Shown here one piece after another: positions 23,861 through 37,921 of a DNA stretch of 64,000 bases. The stretch is from Lama guanicoe. Taxonomy: Eukaryota. Each line of letters begins with the position of its first letter. Position 1 is the stretch's first letter. The translations under genes were made by a program, and so were the position numbers. The notes beneath the pieces were generated by a model. The model was given only the letters and a program-made list of their open reading frames with translations, ran no database searches and had not been told where the DNA came from. The DNA is taken from positions 5,839,842 through 5,903,841 of the forward strand of contig MU053557.1 of the NCBI GenBank assembly GCA_013239625.1, read 5' to 3'.

Positions 23861-25654
23861 TGTTTTTATTTGTCTCTTAAATCTTGCCTTAATTCTAAAA
23901 TACTTACCCCCACCCTTTTTTCCATTTCATTTACTCCTTTGAAGAAACCAAGCCAGCTGCCGTACAGAATGTCCCACATCCTAGATTTGGCTCATTGCTT
24001 CCTCGTGCTGCGGTTAAGCTGTGTTCCTCTGTCCCTTTTCTCTTGAACCCTTTCCAATAAGGCTTTCACAGCCAAATACCCCACAGGAACTGCTTTTGTG
24101 GAGATAACCAATAATAACACCATGTTACTAAATATAATGGCCAATTCTCAGCTCTCATCTTACTTGACGTATCAGCAACCTTTGACTCCTTTGATGAGTC
24201 CACCTCCCCTGAAGTGCTTTCATCGCTTGGTTCTAGGACACCACACTCCTGAGATTTCCTCCTACCTGGCTGGGTGCTTCTTCCCAGGCTCCAGGGCTGA
24301 TTCCTTGTTTCCTCCCTCTACATGTTGGAAGCCCCAGGGCTCAGTCGTTCAATCTCTTTATCCATCCTCATTTCCTTGGTGATCTCACCCAGCCTCCAGG
24401 CTCAAAATACCACTTATAGAGCTGGAATATGAACCTATGCATATGTGATCTTAGAGATGACAACTCTGGCCGTGCTGCCCGGAGGTGCCCCCTCCTACCA
24501 ACACCCCCACCATTTGTCACTCCTTTCTTCCAAAAGGCTTCCCGTTTTGAGCCAGCATAAAAGGATGCATTTTGCTGGTGGGGAAAGCACAAAGGATGGG
24601 CCCCCAAACTACCAAGGACAGTCATCATTCCTGGAAACCCTCTACATGCCTATAATGACTGGTCCTAACTACGAGAAAAGTGATAAATGTGACCGTCTTC
24701 ATTAAAAAACAACAGCAAATGCCATTTGTCCTCTTGAGGTGCCTCAATGTCTATGTCCAGGTCAGTCTTCTCCCGTGAACACTAGACTCACAGCTCCCTC
24801 TTTGGCACCTCCACTTGGATGCCTGTAAGGCTCTTCAAACCTTATGCCCAGTTTTGGAGACAATTAGGGGAGTTTGAATGCAGACTAGGCATTATATAAA
24901 ACAAATCCATTCACTTGGGAAGGTAGACATCTTTAGATGATAAAAGCAAGTGACAAAGAATCTATGCTATGATTCCATTTTGGTTAAAAAGTCACATATG
25001 AATATATAGTCACTGGAAAAGATATGAAAGACTAAACACTGAGGTGTTCACAGGTGTTCTACTGGGTGGTAGAAAATGGTATTTTCTTTTTCTCATACGT
25101 CTGTATTTTCTAACTTTCTTCAATATGATATTTTTATAATAATAAAAGGCTATTTTAAAATGAAAAGTGTCTAGGACCGCATGCCTGGTCTTTCCCCACT
25201 CCTCCTCCTCCAGCCTTCCCATGTCAGGGAGCAGCTGCTCCATCCTCCTCGTGGCTCGGGCCAGAAGCCCTGCTGTCACCCTCCACTCCTCTTTCTTATA
25301 TTCCATTCCCATGGCCTGCCTTTAAAAGATATCTACAACCTGATCATTTCTCACTAGTTTCACCCCTGTGGGCAAAGAGCTGCACGGGAAGTGCCTGGAA
25401 TCAATACAACTGGCCAAAGAACATCTGAAATGATGCTCAATTTCACTGAGCATCACATACGTGCAAATTAAACTTAGGGACATCATTTCTGCCCACTGAG
25501 TGGACAAAGATTCCACCCCGTGTCGGCAAGTATGGGGAGAAATCGGCCTTCTCATACAGAACGGGTGGAGCTGTGAGGAGGTCCTCTTAAGGGGCCGCAG
25601 CCCTAGCGCCCTGAGGGTCTGATGGTAAGAGCTGGCTCTGGCCTCTCCTGGCAG

Positions 25655-25809
25655 TCCCGGTGCTGGACCTGGGCAAGAAGCTGAGCGTGCCCCAGGACCT
25701 GATGATGGAGGAGCTATCACTGCGTAACAACCGAGGATCCCTCCTCTTCCAGAAGAGACAGCGCCGTGTGCAGAAATTCACCTTTGAGTTCACAGACAGC
25801 CAGCGGGCG
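25655..25809 (+). CDS. MYOZ3: Myozenin-3 coding exon 2
   Basis: (V)[59 protein letters not shown] boundaries; phase consistent. Confidence 0.95.
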
Positions 25810-26763
25810 GTGAGTAAGCCCACATTGTGCTCACAGGCAACTGAGGCCCAGAGAGGGCCCCTCATTAGCCTAGAGCTAAACAGCCAGGTGAGGACCTCTG
25901 GCCCCTCTGGGGGGTCCCTCAAATCCCAGCTGGGGCAAGCTGTGATGTTGCCATCAGACTGACCCCTACCTTGCTGTGTGATCCTAGAAAAGGGTTAGCT
26001 CTTTAGGCATCTCTCTCCAGATACAAAATATAAAGTGGATTGGGACAGATGAGCCTTGGAGTGAAGGGACTCTGGCTTCTACAAAAAGTGCAGAACAGCC
26101 AGGTGCTCAGGACTGAATCTGCAGCAAGCAGGACTTAGATTGGACCTAAGCTTTATCTAAAAGAGAAAATGCAGACCCCCTTTCTCTTCTTCCCACTGGA
26201 AGAAGCAAAGGCCATGAGACAGTCTGCTGGTAGAGAAAGGAGGCAAGAGTGGTTTGTCCCCAGGCTTCAAAAGGGCGGCAGGCAGTCTGAGGCACTTCGA
26301 ATGAACTCAAGGGCCTTTCAACCTGCTCCACTCAATTTCTGGTGAGACAGGAGGGGATGAGAGGGAGCGATGTGGCAGAATAATAAAGATGACCAAACAT
26401 CTACTTTTGCTACGTGCCTTAGGACAGTGCTAGCTAAGCATTTTACATATACCATCTCATTTAATGATCATAGAGTGATACTATTATCATCATCTCTATT
26501 TTACAGAGAAGGAAACTGAGGTTCAGAGAAATTAAGCGTATACCCAGGGTCAATATTATAATAGCAACTAACACATATAAGAGCATGTCTCTGTTCCAGG
26601 CACTGGGTTTAGTGCTTTACACTATTAATTCATCCCCCGAGCATCCCTGGGAAGTGCGCTCTAGGATTATGCCCCCACCACTGCCCACCTTTTTTTTAGT
26701 GGAGGGAGAACTCTGGACCCTTGTCCTGCTGAGCCTCCCTGTGGTTTATCTCTCCCCCTACAG

Positions 26764-26817
26764 ACAGTGGCTGGAAGCACCAAGGGGAAAGTGACCGGAA
26801 CAGCGGAGCCTGGGATG
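26764..26817 (+). CDS. MYOZ3: Myozenin-3 coding exon 3
   Basis: ctacAG|TVAGSTKGKVTGTAEPGM|GTGAGC, 54 nt, phase 0-0. Confidence 0.9.
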
Positions 26818-26921
26818 GTGAGCATAGAGGGAGACCCCACAGGTGGGGAAGCCATGAGGAAGGGGCCAGACAGCTCAACTTCCTCAGCCCACTGCCTCTG
26901 AGCTCCTGCCCCTGTGCCCAG

Positions 26922-27057
26922 GTTGCCAACAGCCCTGAGGGGCAGAACTACCGCTCTGAGCTCCACATCTTCCCGTCCTCACCAGGGGGCACTGAGGATG
27001 CCCAGTCTGCAGCCTCTCGGGTGGAGAGCGCCCACAGCCCCAGTGCCCTGGCGCCAG
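26922..27057 (+). CDS. MYOZ3: Myozenin-3 coding exon 4
   Basis: VANSPEGQNYRSELHIFPSSPGG...SPSALAP; ccAG / GTGAGT boundaries. Confidence 0.92.
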
Positions 27058-27167
27058 GTGAGTGGCCTCCCCCCATCCCAGGACCAGGACTGTGGGACTG
27101 GAGTGAGGATGTGCTCCGTGGCAGGGCAGGAAGGATGCCCAGTGAGCATCTAGCTCACCTCTTTCCC

Positions 27168-27168
<1 letters not shown>

Positions 27169-27204
<36 letters not shown>
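27169..27204. repeat. (AC)18 microsatellite
   Basis: Perfect run in a MYOZ3 intron. Confidence 0.95.
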
Positions 27205-27208
<4 letters not shown>

Positions 27209-27485
27209 GCACCCCTCCGCATGCCCAACAGAAGCCTAGAGAGGTGCAGCAATGCAGCCAAGGTCACACAGCGAGCCAGAGTCCAAACCAAACTACAGTC
27301 TGCACCCCAACTCATGATTCCCCTGCCCTAGTCCTTGTCTCCAGGGAACAACTTTGGCATCACATTCCAGCCCCTCCCCCTACTCCCCTTTTCTATCTCT
27401 TGACTTCAGACCCCTAGACAGTGTCTGTGGGGTGGGCAGTGGCGCCGAGCGAGTAAGGAAACCAGGCTCCCTGCTCCACTCCTAG

Positions 27486-27648
27486 GCTATGCTGAGCCAC
27501 TGAAGGGCGTCCCACCTGAGAAGTTCAACCACACAGCTATCCCCAAGGGCTACCGCTGCCCGTGGCAGGAGTTCATCAGCTACCGGGACTACCAGCGCGA
27601 GGGCTGCAGTCACACCCCCAACCTGATGGAGTATCGAAATTTCAACAA
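27486..27648 (+). CDS. MYOZ3: Myozenin-3 coding exon 5
   Basis: (G)YAEPLKGVPPEKFNHTAIPKGYRCPWQEF...YRNFN(K); ctAG / GTAAGG boundaries. Confidence 0.95.
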
Positions 27649-30600
27649 GTAAGGGGCGGCAGGCTTGGGGAGGGTCCTGGAGGGAGGATGGGCCAGGAGC
27701 CGGTCACAAGCACTGCAGGTGGTTTCTACTTGCCAGGCTCTGTCCTAATGTCTTATATGTTTATTGAGCTCTTGCTGAAACTCAGTAGAACTCTTCCCTT
27801 AGCACATAGTTGGTGCTCAATAAATGTAAAGGAATGAATGGGTGAATGTGGCACACATCTTGTTGGATCCTCCCCCTACAACAGGGTGGGGCAGGTGCTA
27901 CAATTTTTCCTATTCTGCCATGAAGGGTATTATCCACAATCTGCCCCAAAATCACAAAGCAAGGAAGCAGTGACAAGGCGGGGATGCAAGTCTAAGTTTG
28001 TTCAACTCCAGAGCCCAGTTTCTTGTTTTGCATCACTGCTGTGTGCCACCTCCTCGATGTGCGCATCCTTCGAGGTGCGGGTCCTGCCCTGGATGAGGGC
28101 CGCAGGTCTATCAGTCCTGGGCCAGCTCAGCCTTTTCCCCACTTTGATCAATGGTCTGGAAGAGGCCTGGAAACTGGCCCAGAGGCTGTACCATACCACT
28201 GTGAGGAGTGGAACCCTGAACACCAGAAGTGAGAGCCACAGAGCAGTGGCTCATAGTGTTTAGAATGTGGGGCCTCGACAAGAGCTTAATGCCATCTCTG
28301 CAGCTGGCTGTGTGATTGTTGGTAAGCGACCGAACCTTGCTGGGCCTCCATTTCCCCACCTGTAAAATGAGACTATTATAGTAGCTAGTTCATAAGATGG
28401 TTGTGAGGCTGGCATGAGACACCAAAGGCAAAGTTTCTAGCAAGTGACAAGCTCTCAATAAATGGTAGCCATCATTATTCCTGTTCCTATTATTATTATT
28501 ATTATTATATTTACAGGTTGAAATGATGGCTGGAAAAGCCAAGAGGGGAGAACTAGAAAGGGATGACTTTAGCATTCTGCTCTGGGGGACTGAAAACAAA
28601 TCATAGCAGTCAAGGCGGGAGCTTGGCACTGGAGGAAGGGCCTGGGCTGAGGGATGCATTTCAACTGCGATTGGCTTCCTCTGTCTGATGCTATTTCTGA
28701 AAAATGCTCCTCTGGCTTGGGCTGCGTTAAGTGAGAACGAGGAGGGTCCGCAGAGAGGAGGCCACAGTCCAGCTCTTCTGGCACCTGCTCAGACCACACG
28801 TGGAGGCTGTCTGTCTGACAAAGGCAGACAGATGGGCTCCAGAGCCTGGCTAGGCCTGGAGAGCAGGCCCTCTGAGGGAGGGCTGAAGGAACTGGCGGTG
28901 CTGAGCCTTGAGAAGAGACTGCTCAGGAGGGCTGTGACTGCCCTCAAACAGCTGATAGCCAGGGAGGACCCTGACAGGGAAGAACTGGGCCCAACAGGCA
29001 CTGTGCAACCATGAGCCACTGGCAGACATTGCAGGGTTTCCTGCCAGGCAGGACTATGCTGTCGCTCCTTCTGGGGCCCTTGGCCATGCCTGTCCAGCTA
29101 TTTAAAACCCTCAGCAGACATTCAGTACTGGTAGCCAGCTTCCAGGCTGGCCAGTGTAGCTCACAGCTCCTCCATCTCACACCTCAGCTATGACAGGCTG
29201 AGGCACGTTCCCGCCAACAGCAGGAGGGTCTTAGGGAGCCCCGAGCCCAGGCCCCTCCTGGGACAGAAAAGGCAACTGAGGCAAAGAAAGAAGGAACAGC
29301 AGTGTTGGTGGCCAAGCCCTGTTCAGGATCCAGGGCTCTGGGCTCCCTGTCAAGGGCCCAACTGTGAAGCCTGCTCGACTTGGAAACTGCCCAGCCTGTT
29401 CCTGTAGGGCCTGGCTGTTGCCACCACAGCTGGGGTGGTCCAGGCAGAAAATGTCCTGGCTGGAACCCAGGCTCTGGCCGAAGGTTTGCCTTTCTACCCT
29501 GGGGCAGGCATTCCCCTCTTTCCATTGGTCCCAGGCTACAGGGAAAACGCTACATGAGCAATGCTTCTTATTTTCTTAAAATTAAAAACTAAGTAAAAAA
29601 TCATGTACTTATATCCTCTTAAAAAAAAATAAAACCTAGGCAACTGCAAATAAAGATAGGTTCCCTTTGTTCCCCATCCTCCAATCCCAGCTCCCTTCCT
29701 AAAGGTAACACTGTTGTCAGGTTAGTGTGTATGTTTCCAGAACATTCTCTACAAGGGAACATTTTCTGTGTGGCATTGTTTAGTGTGTGTGTGTTTTAAC
29801 GCTTTGTATTTACTTGATTTTTTTCACTCAACATTATGTTTTTGAAATCTCTTTTTAATACATAGAGCTCTTTCCCTTCCTTTTAAGCTGCTGTATAGTA
29901 CTCCACCATGTTAAGCTATGACATATATCTTATCCATTCCTCTGCCAATGGACATATGGCTTGTTTCTGGTTTGTCACTAGCCACTGCTCATATCTGCTT
30001 CCTTACATAAGAGCATGTTACCTCCCTAAGCCACAGGCTTACAGGTGGAGTTGCTGGTTGATAGAATTTGCACATTTGCGGGTTTAAAAGATCCTGCCAA
30101 ATTGTCCTTCAAGGTAGCAGCCCTAATTTACCCTCCAACCAGCAGTATATGAGCGACACTTTACCCTACCACCTCACTAACTTTTGCCCCATTACCAAAT
30201 TATTTCTTCTTGCCAGTCTTATGGGTAAGAAATGGCATGTCTTTGTTGTAATCTATATTCCTTGATTCTCAGAGTTCTTTCTCATCCTCCCTTCTCTCTC
30301 CAGTTTGTGATATACCGTTCTAAGGGGAAGTGACAAGCGGAAGGAAAAACCTTATTCCAATTCCACTCCCATCTGGACCTACCTGACTTAGGGCGAGTCT
30401 AGAGTGTTGCCTAAAACAAGACAATTCTAACTCTGAAAACTTCACTCCCATTTTTAAGCAACAAGCCACCCTGAGTAGGGGCAGACTTGGGAATATGAAG
30501 AGCTGCAGAAACCTGTTAAAGATAGCACAAAACTTGCTGAATAGCAGGGGACACTGAAGCCAGAGAGAAGCAGGGAGGGGCTGTACATGGTGGCCCACAT

Positions 30601-30662
30601 GCCAGTGTTCTGCCCTCCCTTTCTCACACAGCCCCCCTCTCCTGCTGCTTTTCTTTCCCCAG

Positions 30663-30831
30663 GACCCCCGTGCCCTTTGGAGGACTCCTGGTGGGGGAAG
30701 CCACTCTGAGGGCAGGTACCCCCTTCGTCCCAGAGCTCACCAGTGGCTTGGAACTCCTCCGCCTCAGACCCAGCTTCAACAGAGTGGCCCAGGGCTGGGT
30801 CCGCAGCCTCCCAGAGTCCGAGGAGCTGTAG
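30663..30831 (+). CDS. MYOZ3: Myozenin-3 last coding exon, ending in the PDZ-binding motif ESEEL
   Basis: TPVPFGGLLVG...LRPSFNRVAQGWVRSLPESEEL*; six exons total 738 nt = 245 aa plus stop. Confidence 0.95.
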
Positions 30832-33181
30832 CCCCAGCTTGAATCTTCAATCCCCCATCCCAGAGTTTGAGTAACATCTGGAGCCAAGACTTGTGGACAG
30901 CACTTCACAGTTTACAAAGGGCCATCACACACAAAACCTTCTTGCACATCGCCTCGACGGTCCCAAAGTTCAGTAGTCCCCAAATGTGGTATGCTTCACA
31001 ATTACCAGGGAGTGTTGTTTCTAATACAGATTTCTGGCCTGTCCCAGACTTGCAGCATCAGAATCTCCTGGGCTGAGAAGTCTCTACTTAGTAACTAGTA
31101 CTCCCAGGTGATTTGAGTAAAACTTGCCCCCGGTTCGTATCTTTAGGAATCCAAACCACCAATGACTTCACGTCCATGCGTCCACTGTTCCCTGCTCCTA
31201 TACTCCAGCTCACACTCCCCCAGTAACAGGAGGCTCATTAACTGCCCACTGACCTGTGAATCACTCTGAGAATTAGAAAGTTTTTCCTTTTACTGAGACA
31301 CAAGTGGTCTTTATCTAGTCATGCCGTTAACATTTACTAAGCACTTACTGTAGACACTGTGCCAGCCCAGGGAGAGTGTGTGGGGCCCTGGGGAGGAAAA
31401 GACAGATTTGTAAAGGAGTAAATCATCTAAGATTTCCCTAAAGTGTGCTAACTGATGACTGAGGAACAGAGCTCCGTGAAGCAGAGGAGGGAGTGTCTAA
31501 CCCTGGTGGCGGGGGCGGCGGGGGGGACAGCAGGTTCTGAGAAGCTTCCCAGAGCATCTGAGTGGACCTCAGAAGAAGAGAGACAGTCCCTCAAGGCAAG
31601 AGGGTGCGAGGGGGAGGGCATTCCTGGCAAGTGGACCGCTTGTGCAAAGGTGTGGAACTGACATGGGTACAGGTGTTCTAGAGAAGTGGGGGCGATGTCA
31701 GAGGAGTTGGGGACTCCTTAGAGGGCCAGAGTCGGGTGCGCTGCACTAGGGAAATGGGGAGGTTCCTAGGCTGGGGAGTGAGGGGTCTCGCTGGTTGCTG
31801 TGTGGGGCACGGATTGGAGAGGCGTAAGGAGGGAAGCCAGGAATCCTTCAGGGAACAAGGCCTGAACTGGAGAGGCGGCTGTGGGGTTGGAAAGAAGGGG
31901 TACCCCGACACCTTACAGGACAAGTGCAGAGTGGGGTGCTGACAAGGATAAATCCTCTCCACCCGCTTCCACTCACCATTTAGAGCAGGCCCCAGGGCAG
32001 ATCTCATCCTAGTCGTCACCAGGAGTAGCTCCGCGTCTGCCTGGCTCACTGGGGAGAGAAAGCAATACGCTTCAGGTGGTGATGATGATGCTGGTGGCTG
32101 CTTTCTTTCTATTGGGCGCCTCAGTGCGTGGGCTGGCGGTAGGTCCTCTGCATATCCTATTTCTAATTCGCAGTACAACCTGGAGACAAAGTTACCTCCC
32201 CGTTTTACAGACGTGGATACCCAGGCTCAAGAGGGGCAAGTGACTTGTCCTGGGACAGAGCCAAACTGGGAATCTATCTGACTCCAGTGGATGTTTCTCA
32301 TCACCCTGCTGGGCGGCCAAGCCAGTGCCCATTCACTCTGGAATCACCTAACCATGGTGCCTTGCTCTAGAGTTTAGAGGTGAAGAGTGCAGGCTGAGGG
32401 GTCAGACTGGATGGGGAGGGTTCTGACGGCTGCTGCTGGCTGTGTGAACTCAAGCAAGTCATTTCTCACCTGTGGGCCTCTGTTTCTCCACCTGTAACAT
32501 GAGCACAAGAATAGAAGCCCCTGCACAGTTTTGTGAACATAGTGAGGGATGCATAATAAGCAATCATTATCAGATTTCACGTAACTGCTGCCCTGGGCTG
32601 GGTAAGAGGTTCTTGCAGTGAATGCAGCTTGAGAAGAAGGCTCATGCAAATGTCACTGCGGGTGAGCAAAGCTGAAACCTGAAGGAAAGCCTCTGATCAC
32701 GGTAGGGCTCCACTTGGACATGACTTACCTCCTTCACCCGCTGCCTCCCTCTGCCTCCTCGGGGGGTGGGGGGAGAAGAGAAGGTCAGGAATCCGGCTGG
32801 TTGCCAGGGTGCACGGGATAGTGGCTGCATTTTCCTTTTGCTCTGGAGTTTCGCTGTGCCCCACACAGACTCAAGGGGCCAGCAGCCTGACTCTTATATT
32901 TGCTTGCGACTGATGTGCTGTCTTAATTGGAGGGCTGCCACTTAAAGGTATGTTTCCATATGCCGAAAGTCAAACATTCAAGTGTCTGGAACCCAGAAGA
33001 GAGGATCTGGATTGCCTTGGGTTGGCTCTGCTGTGCTCTGGAGGGTAATGGCAGCCACCAGGTACAGCAGAGGAGAGCCTCATGGGGAGTCTGCTGCACC
33101 CCAAAGCTAATTCTCATTCCTTTCTTCTTCGGATGTGACTTTCGCCAATGTTGTTTTTTTTTAAAAAATGCTTATTGTAAA

Positions 33182-33187
33182 AATAAA
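33182..33187 (+). terminator. MYOZ3: Possible MYOZ3 polyadenylation signal
   Basis: First clear AATAAA (overlapping pair) seen downstream of the stop, about 2.35 kb away. Confidence 0.4.
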
Positions 33188-35042
33188 TAAACAAAGATGT
33201 AAAATGTGAAGGTATCTGCCCACAAAGCTCCTCCCCTGCACGTACATAGACCTTCCACCCTCCGGCATTCTGCCCCATTCCCACATGCCAGAGGCAACCG
33301 CTGAGAATGCTTTGGTCCCTCTAGAATTCTAGACTTACTTGAATAAATATATACATGTGTATAGATGCGTAAGTACAAAGATATGTCTTTCTTTTAATGC
33401 TACGATATTTGTTTTTCTGTATTTTGCTTCTTTATTCAACAAGTAAAATTTGGATCCTGAAAAAGGAGGTCATTAACTTTTCATTTGGGAGTCTAGCAAG
33501 CCCTTCATGTAAACGCTATACTTCTGCTGTTTTTGTTCTTTATATAAATGAAATCATACAGTGATATGGAAATGAAACGGGCTGAGAATAGCCCAGACAC
33601 TGGGAAACCTGACATGAGACATGAAAGGACAGTTACATGCAACAATACAGATGCATCTCAGAAACAAAATGGTGATCAAAGGAGGCAGATATACAAATAT
33701 GCGTTTATTGATGCAACGAGGTGTTTAACACAGAAGTCAGGATAGCGGTAACTTGGAGGAAAGAAAGGTTTGTGATTGTGAAGGGACAGAATAAAATGCT
33801 TCTGAGGAAAGCTGGACAATCTCTGTTTCTAGATCTGAGTGACTGTTACATACATATTCACTTTAAAATATTTAGTTGTACGTCTGTGTTTATGCACTTT
33901 TATGTACCTGTTACATTTTACCAAAACAATATCTCCTTTAAAAAAGTTAATGGACAGATTAGTAGTGTGGATCAGATGTACTGAAGAAAGAATTAGTGAA
34001 CTAAAAGTGCCCACATGCATCACAGAGAGGTAAAGGGAAGGAAAATAGGGAGAGAAATGAAAAGACATGGCAAATAAAAGCAAAGCAAGTGTCCAACAGT
34101 ACTAACAGGAGTTCCAGAAGGAGTTTAAAATGACTTGGGATTTTCCAGATTTGATAAAAGACATAAATTTACACAATCCTCACCCTGTCATGAGAAGGAC
34201 AAATTAAAGCCACACTGAAGAATCACTGTAGTGAAATGGCAGAACTCCACAGTCACAGAGGTATTTCAAAGGCACCCAGACAAAAGACTTAGATTACCTA
34301 CAAAAGAACAACACTTAGAATGACTAATTATGGAAAAATACCTTCAGGAAGTGAGGGCAAAATAAATTAATTTTCAGATAAATAAATATGACGAGAGCTT
34401 TCACTAACCCCTGAAAGAACTACAAAAGAACGTGCTTTGCAAAAGATCAACAAAGAAAGTACAAAATCTAAGAAGAAATGGTGACCAGAGAAATCAATTC
34501 AAAAGACAGCAGGAAGGATGAAAAAGAAGCAAAAAAAGGCGCATAAAATAAAGTGGTATAAATACATTTAAATATATCAGGTATCACAATCAATGTAAAT
34601 GCATGAGACTCACCAGTTTAAAGACAGAAACTCACACAGTGGATAAAAAGTAACTCCAGCTCTGTGCTGTTCACAAAGCAGAATGCCTAAAAATATGACA
34701 CAAAAGTGAAGTAAAGAAATGGAAAAGGATGAGCCAGTTAAATCCTATTCCAAAGAAATGTGTGCTAGCCATATTAACATCAAAGGAGACTTTCTGGCAA
34801 AAAAAATTTCTGTGATAAATATCCTTACATCATAATAAACTCATTATCACAGGGGAAGATTTAACACAATTCTTTCAATTGTTGATTGGTTATCAGACAA
34901 ATAATGAATAAGGATATAGAAAATTTAAACAATCAAGTGAAAATGGAGAATTCCACACCACCAAATTAGACAATATTCATCTTCAACTACCTGTGAAACA
35001 CTTTTAAAAATGAACACACAAAATTAAAGACCTTTGTGCATC

Positions 35043-35582
35043 CCCCAAGGTTCATAGCAGCACTATTTACAATAGCAAAGACATGGAAACAGCCTAAGTG
35101 TCCATCAACAGATGACTGGATAAAGAAGATGTGGTATATTTATACAATGGAATACTATTCAGCCATAAAAACCGACAACATAACGCCATTTGCAGCAACA
35201 TGGATGCTCCTGGAGAATGTCATTCTAAGTGAAGTAAGCCAGAAAGAGAAAGAAAAATAACATATGAGATCGCTCAAATGTGGAATCTAAAAATAAATAA
35301 ATAAATAAATACAAAACAGAAACAGACTCATAGATATAGCATACAAACTTATGGTTGCCAAGGGGGTGGGGGTGGGAAGGCACAGACTGGGATTTCAAAA
35401 TGTAGACTAAATAAACAAGATTATACTATAAAGCACAGGGAAATATATACAAGATGTTATGGTAGTTCACAGTGACAATGAATATACATATGTTCATGTA
35501 TAACTGAAAAATTGTGCTCTACACTGGAATTTGACACAACATTGTAAAATGACTATAACTCAAAAAAATGTTAAAAAAAAAA
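35043..35582 (+). mobile_element. Younger 5'-truncated L1 with poly(A) and target-site duplication
   Basis: ORF2 C-terminus FIAALFTIAKTWKQPKCPSTDDWIKKMWYIYTMEYYSAIK, 3' UTR and A-tail; ACCTTTGTGCATC repeated at 35030-35042 and 35583-35595. Confidence 0.92.
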
Positions 35583-37921
35583 ACCTTTGTGCATCAAAAA
35601 ATACTACCAAGAGAGTGAAAAGACAACCCATGGGAGATTATAACTCTAATAATAAACTAAATATTCATGAATTCAGTGATATAAACAAATGATTGAATAA
35701 ATAAATAGGGAGGGGGAGGGGCAAATCTTCCTTCCTTACAGAAGACCTCCAAATAATATATGTAGATACTGCCCCTTTCAGGAAGTGGAGCTTAATTCCC
35801 CTCCTATTGATTATAGACTGGATTTACTGATTCGCTTCCAAACAATAAAGCATAGGAAGGCAAAATAGTAACTTTACAAAGACACCACCTTAACCAAATG
35901 ATCAAGGTTAACATCATGAGTGAATTAAAATTCCTCATATAAAGTGATGAGAAGGGCACTCCCCCTTGTGGTATTTTCACCAAATCCATAACCCTGTCTA
36001 AACAGGGTTTAAAAGAATAAGTTTAAACAGAAAGAACATCAGACAAATACAAATTGAGAGAGATTCTACAAAATATCTGACCAGTCCTCTTCAAACATAT
36101 CAAGATCATGAAAAACAAGGAAAGACTGAGAAATTGTCACAGGTTGGAGGAGTCTAAGGAGACACAACAACTAAATGTAATGTGGGCGCCTGGATGGAAT
36201 ACTGGCACAGAAGAAGGATATCGGAGGGGAAATCCAAATCAAGACTTAATTCAGTTAACAGTATTGTACCAATGTTGATTTCTTAGCTTTGACAAATAAA
36301 CCATGGCTACATAAGATGTAAATGTTAGGGGGAGCTGGGTGAAGAGTACACAAGAACTCGCCATTAACTTTGCAACGTTTCTGTAAATCTAAAGGTTTTT
36401 TTTTGTTTTTTGGTTTTTTTAAGTTTTAAAACTAAAGGGGAAAAAAAAAATCCCACAAAGAAAACTCCAGGCCCAGATGGCTTCACTGGCGAATTTTATC
36501 AAACATATAAGGAAAAAATAATAGCACTGTTACACAAACTCTTTCAGAATATAAAGGAAGAGGTAACATTTCCGAATATATTTTATAAGGCTAGAAGAAA
36601 ATTGATGTTACAGAGAAGAAAATTCAACACCAATATCTCATATGAACACAGACACAAAAAATAAGTTATATACTTAAATTTATAAATATGTCAATATATG
36701 CTTTTTAGATAAATATATGACTGTATTGTGTTATATGGCTTTAAATGAGTCAAGGTGGTCAAAAGGTACAAACTTCTTGGTTACAAGATAAATAAGTTTT
36801 GGGGATGTAATATACAGCATAGTGACCATAGTTAACAATACTGTGCTATAAATTTGAAAGTTGCTGAGAGTAGATCTTAAAAGTTCTCGTCACAACAAAA
36901 GGAAATCTAACTATGTAAGGTGATAGATGTTAACTAAATTTATTTTGGTAAGCATGTCATAATATGTACATATATCAAATCATTATGTTGTACACCTTAA
37001 GCTAATACAATGTTATGTGTCAGTTATAGCTCAATAAAACTGGAAAATATAAAACTAAAAAATGTAAATAAATATATAAAAATAAAAAACATTATGGCTA
37101 GGTTAGGTGAATCCCAGGAATACAAGCTTGGTTTAACAATTTAAAAATCAATCAGTGTAATTCACTACATTAACATAGTAAAAGAGAAAACCATAGGACA
37201 CAGAAGAAGCACTGGCAAAATTCAACACAAATTTATGGCGAAAACTCAGAAAATTTGGAAGGTAAATTCTATCTGATAAAAGGCAGCTACAAAAAAATCT
37301 ATAGTTAATAAAGTACTTAAGGGTAAAATACTGAATACTATATACTCTGAAAAGTGGGAAAAAGACAAAGACGTCCACTCTCACCAGTTCTATTTAATAT
37401 TTTACTCAGGGTCCTAGCCAGGTGAGTAGAGCCAGGAAAAGAAAGAAAAGGCATGAAGATTGGAAATAAATAAGTAAAATGGTTATTCCCAAATGATGTG
37501 ACTTATGTAGCTCATCACAGGAATCTACAAAAGAACTGCTAGAAACCCTGAGTGAAGTCAGCAGGGTCACAGGATGCAGGGCTGATACATAAAAATAAAA
37601 CCTATTGTCATGTATTAGCTGCAACAACTGGAAAACAAATTTTATGAAAGTCCATTTACAATAGCAACAAATCGCAAAATTTTTAGTTATAAATGTAACT
37701 AAGGTCGTGCAAGCCCTGTACACTGCTGAGAGTAATTAAAGAAAACTTAATTAACTATACCATGCCCATAGACTGGCAGGCTCAATATTCTCCCCAAATT
37801 GATCTATAGATTCAACACAATCCCAATCATAGTCCTGTGTTTTTGTAGAAATTGACAAATTGATTTAAAAGTTTATGTGGAAATACAAAAGACCTAAAGA
37901 AGGAAAATCTTTTCAACAATA

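Noticed and set aside
29095..29110. GCTATTTAAAA as a MEF2 site or internal promoter in the last MYOZ3 intron
   Set aside because: Does not fit YTA(W)4TAR, and no downstream exon or ORF is evident.
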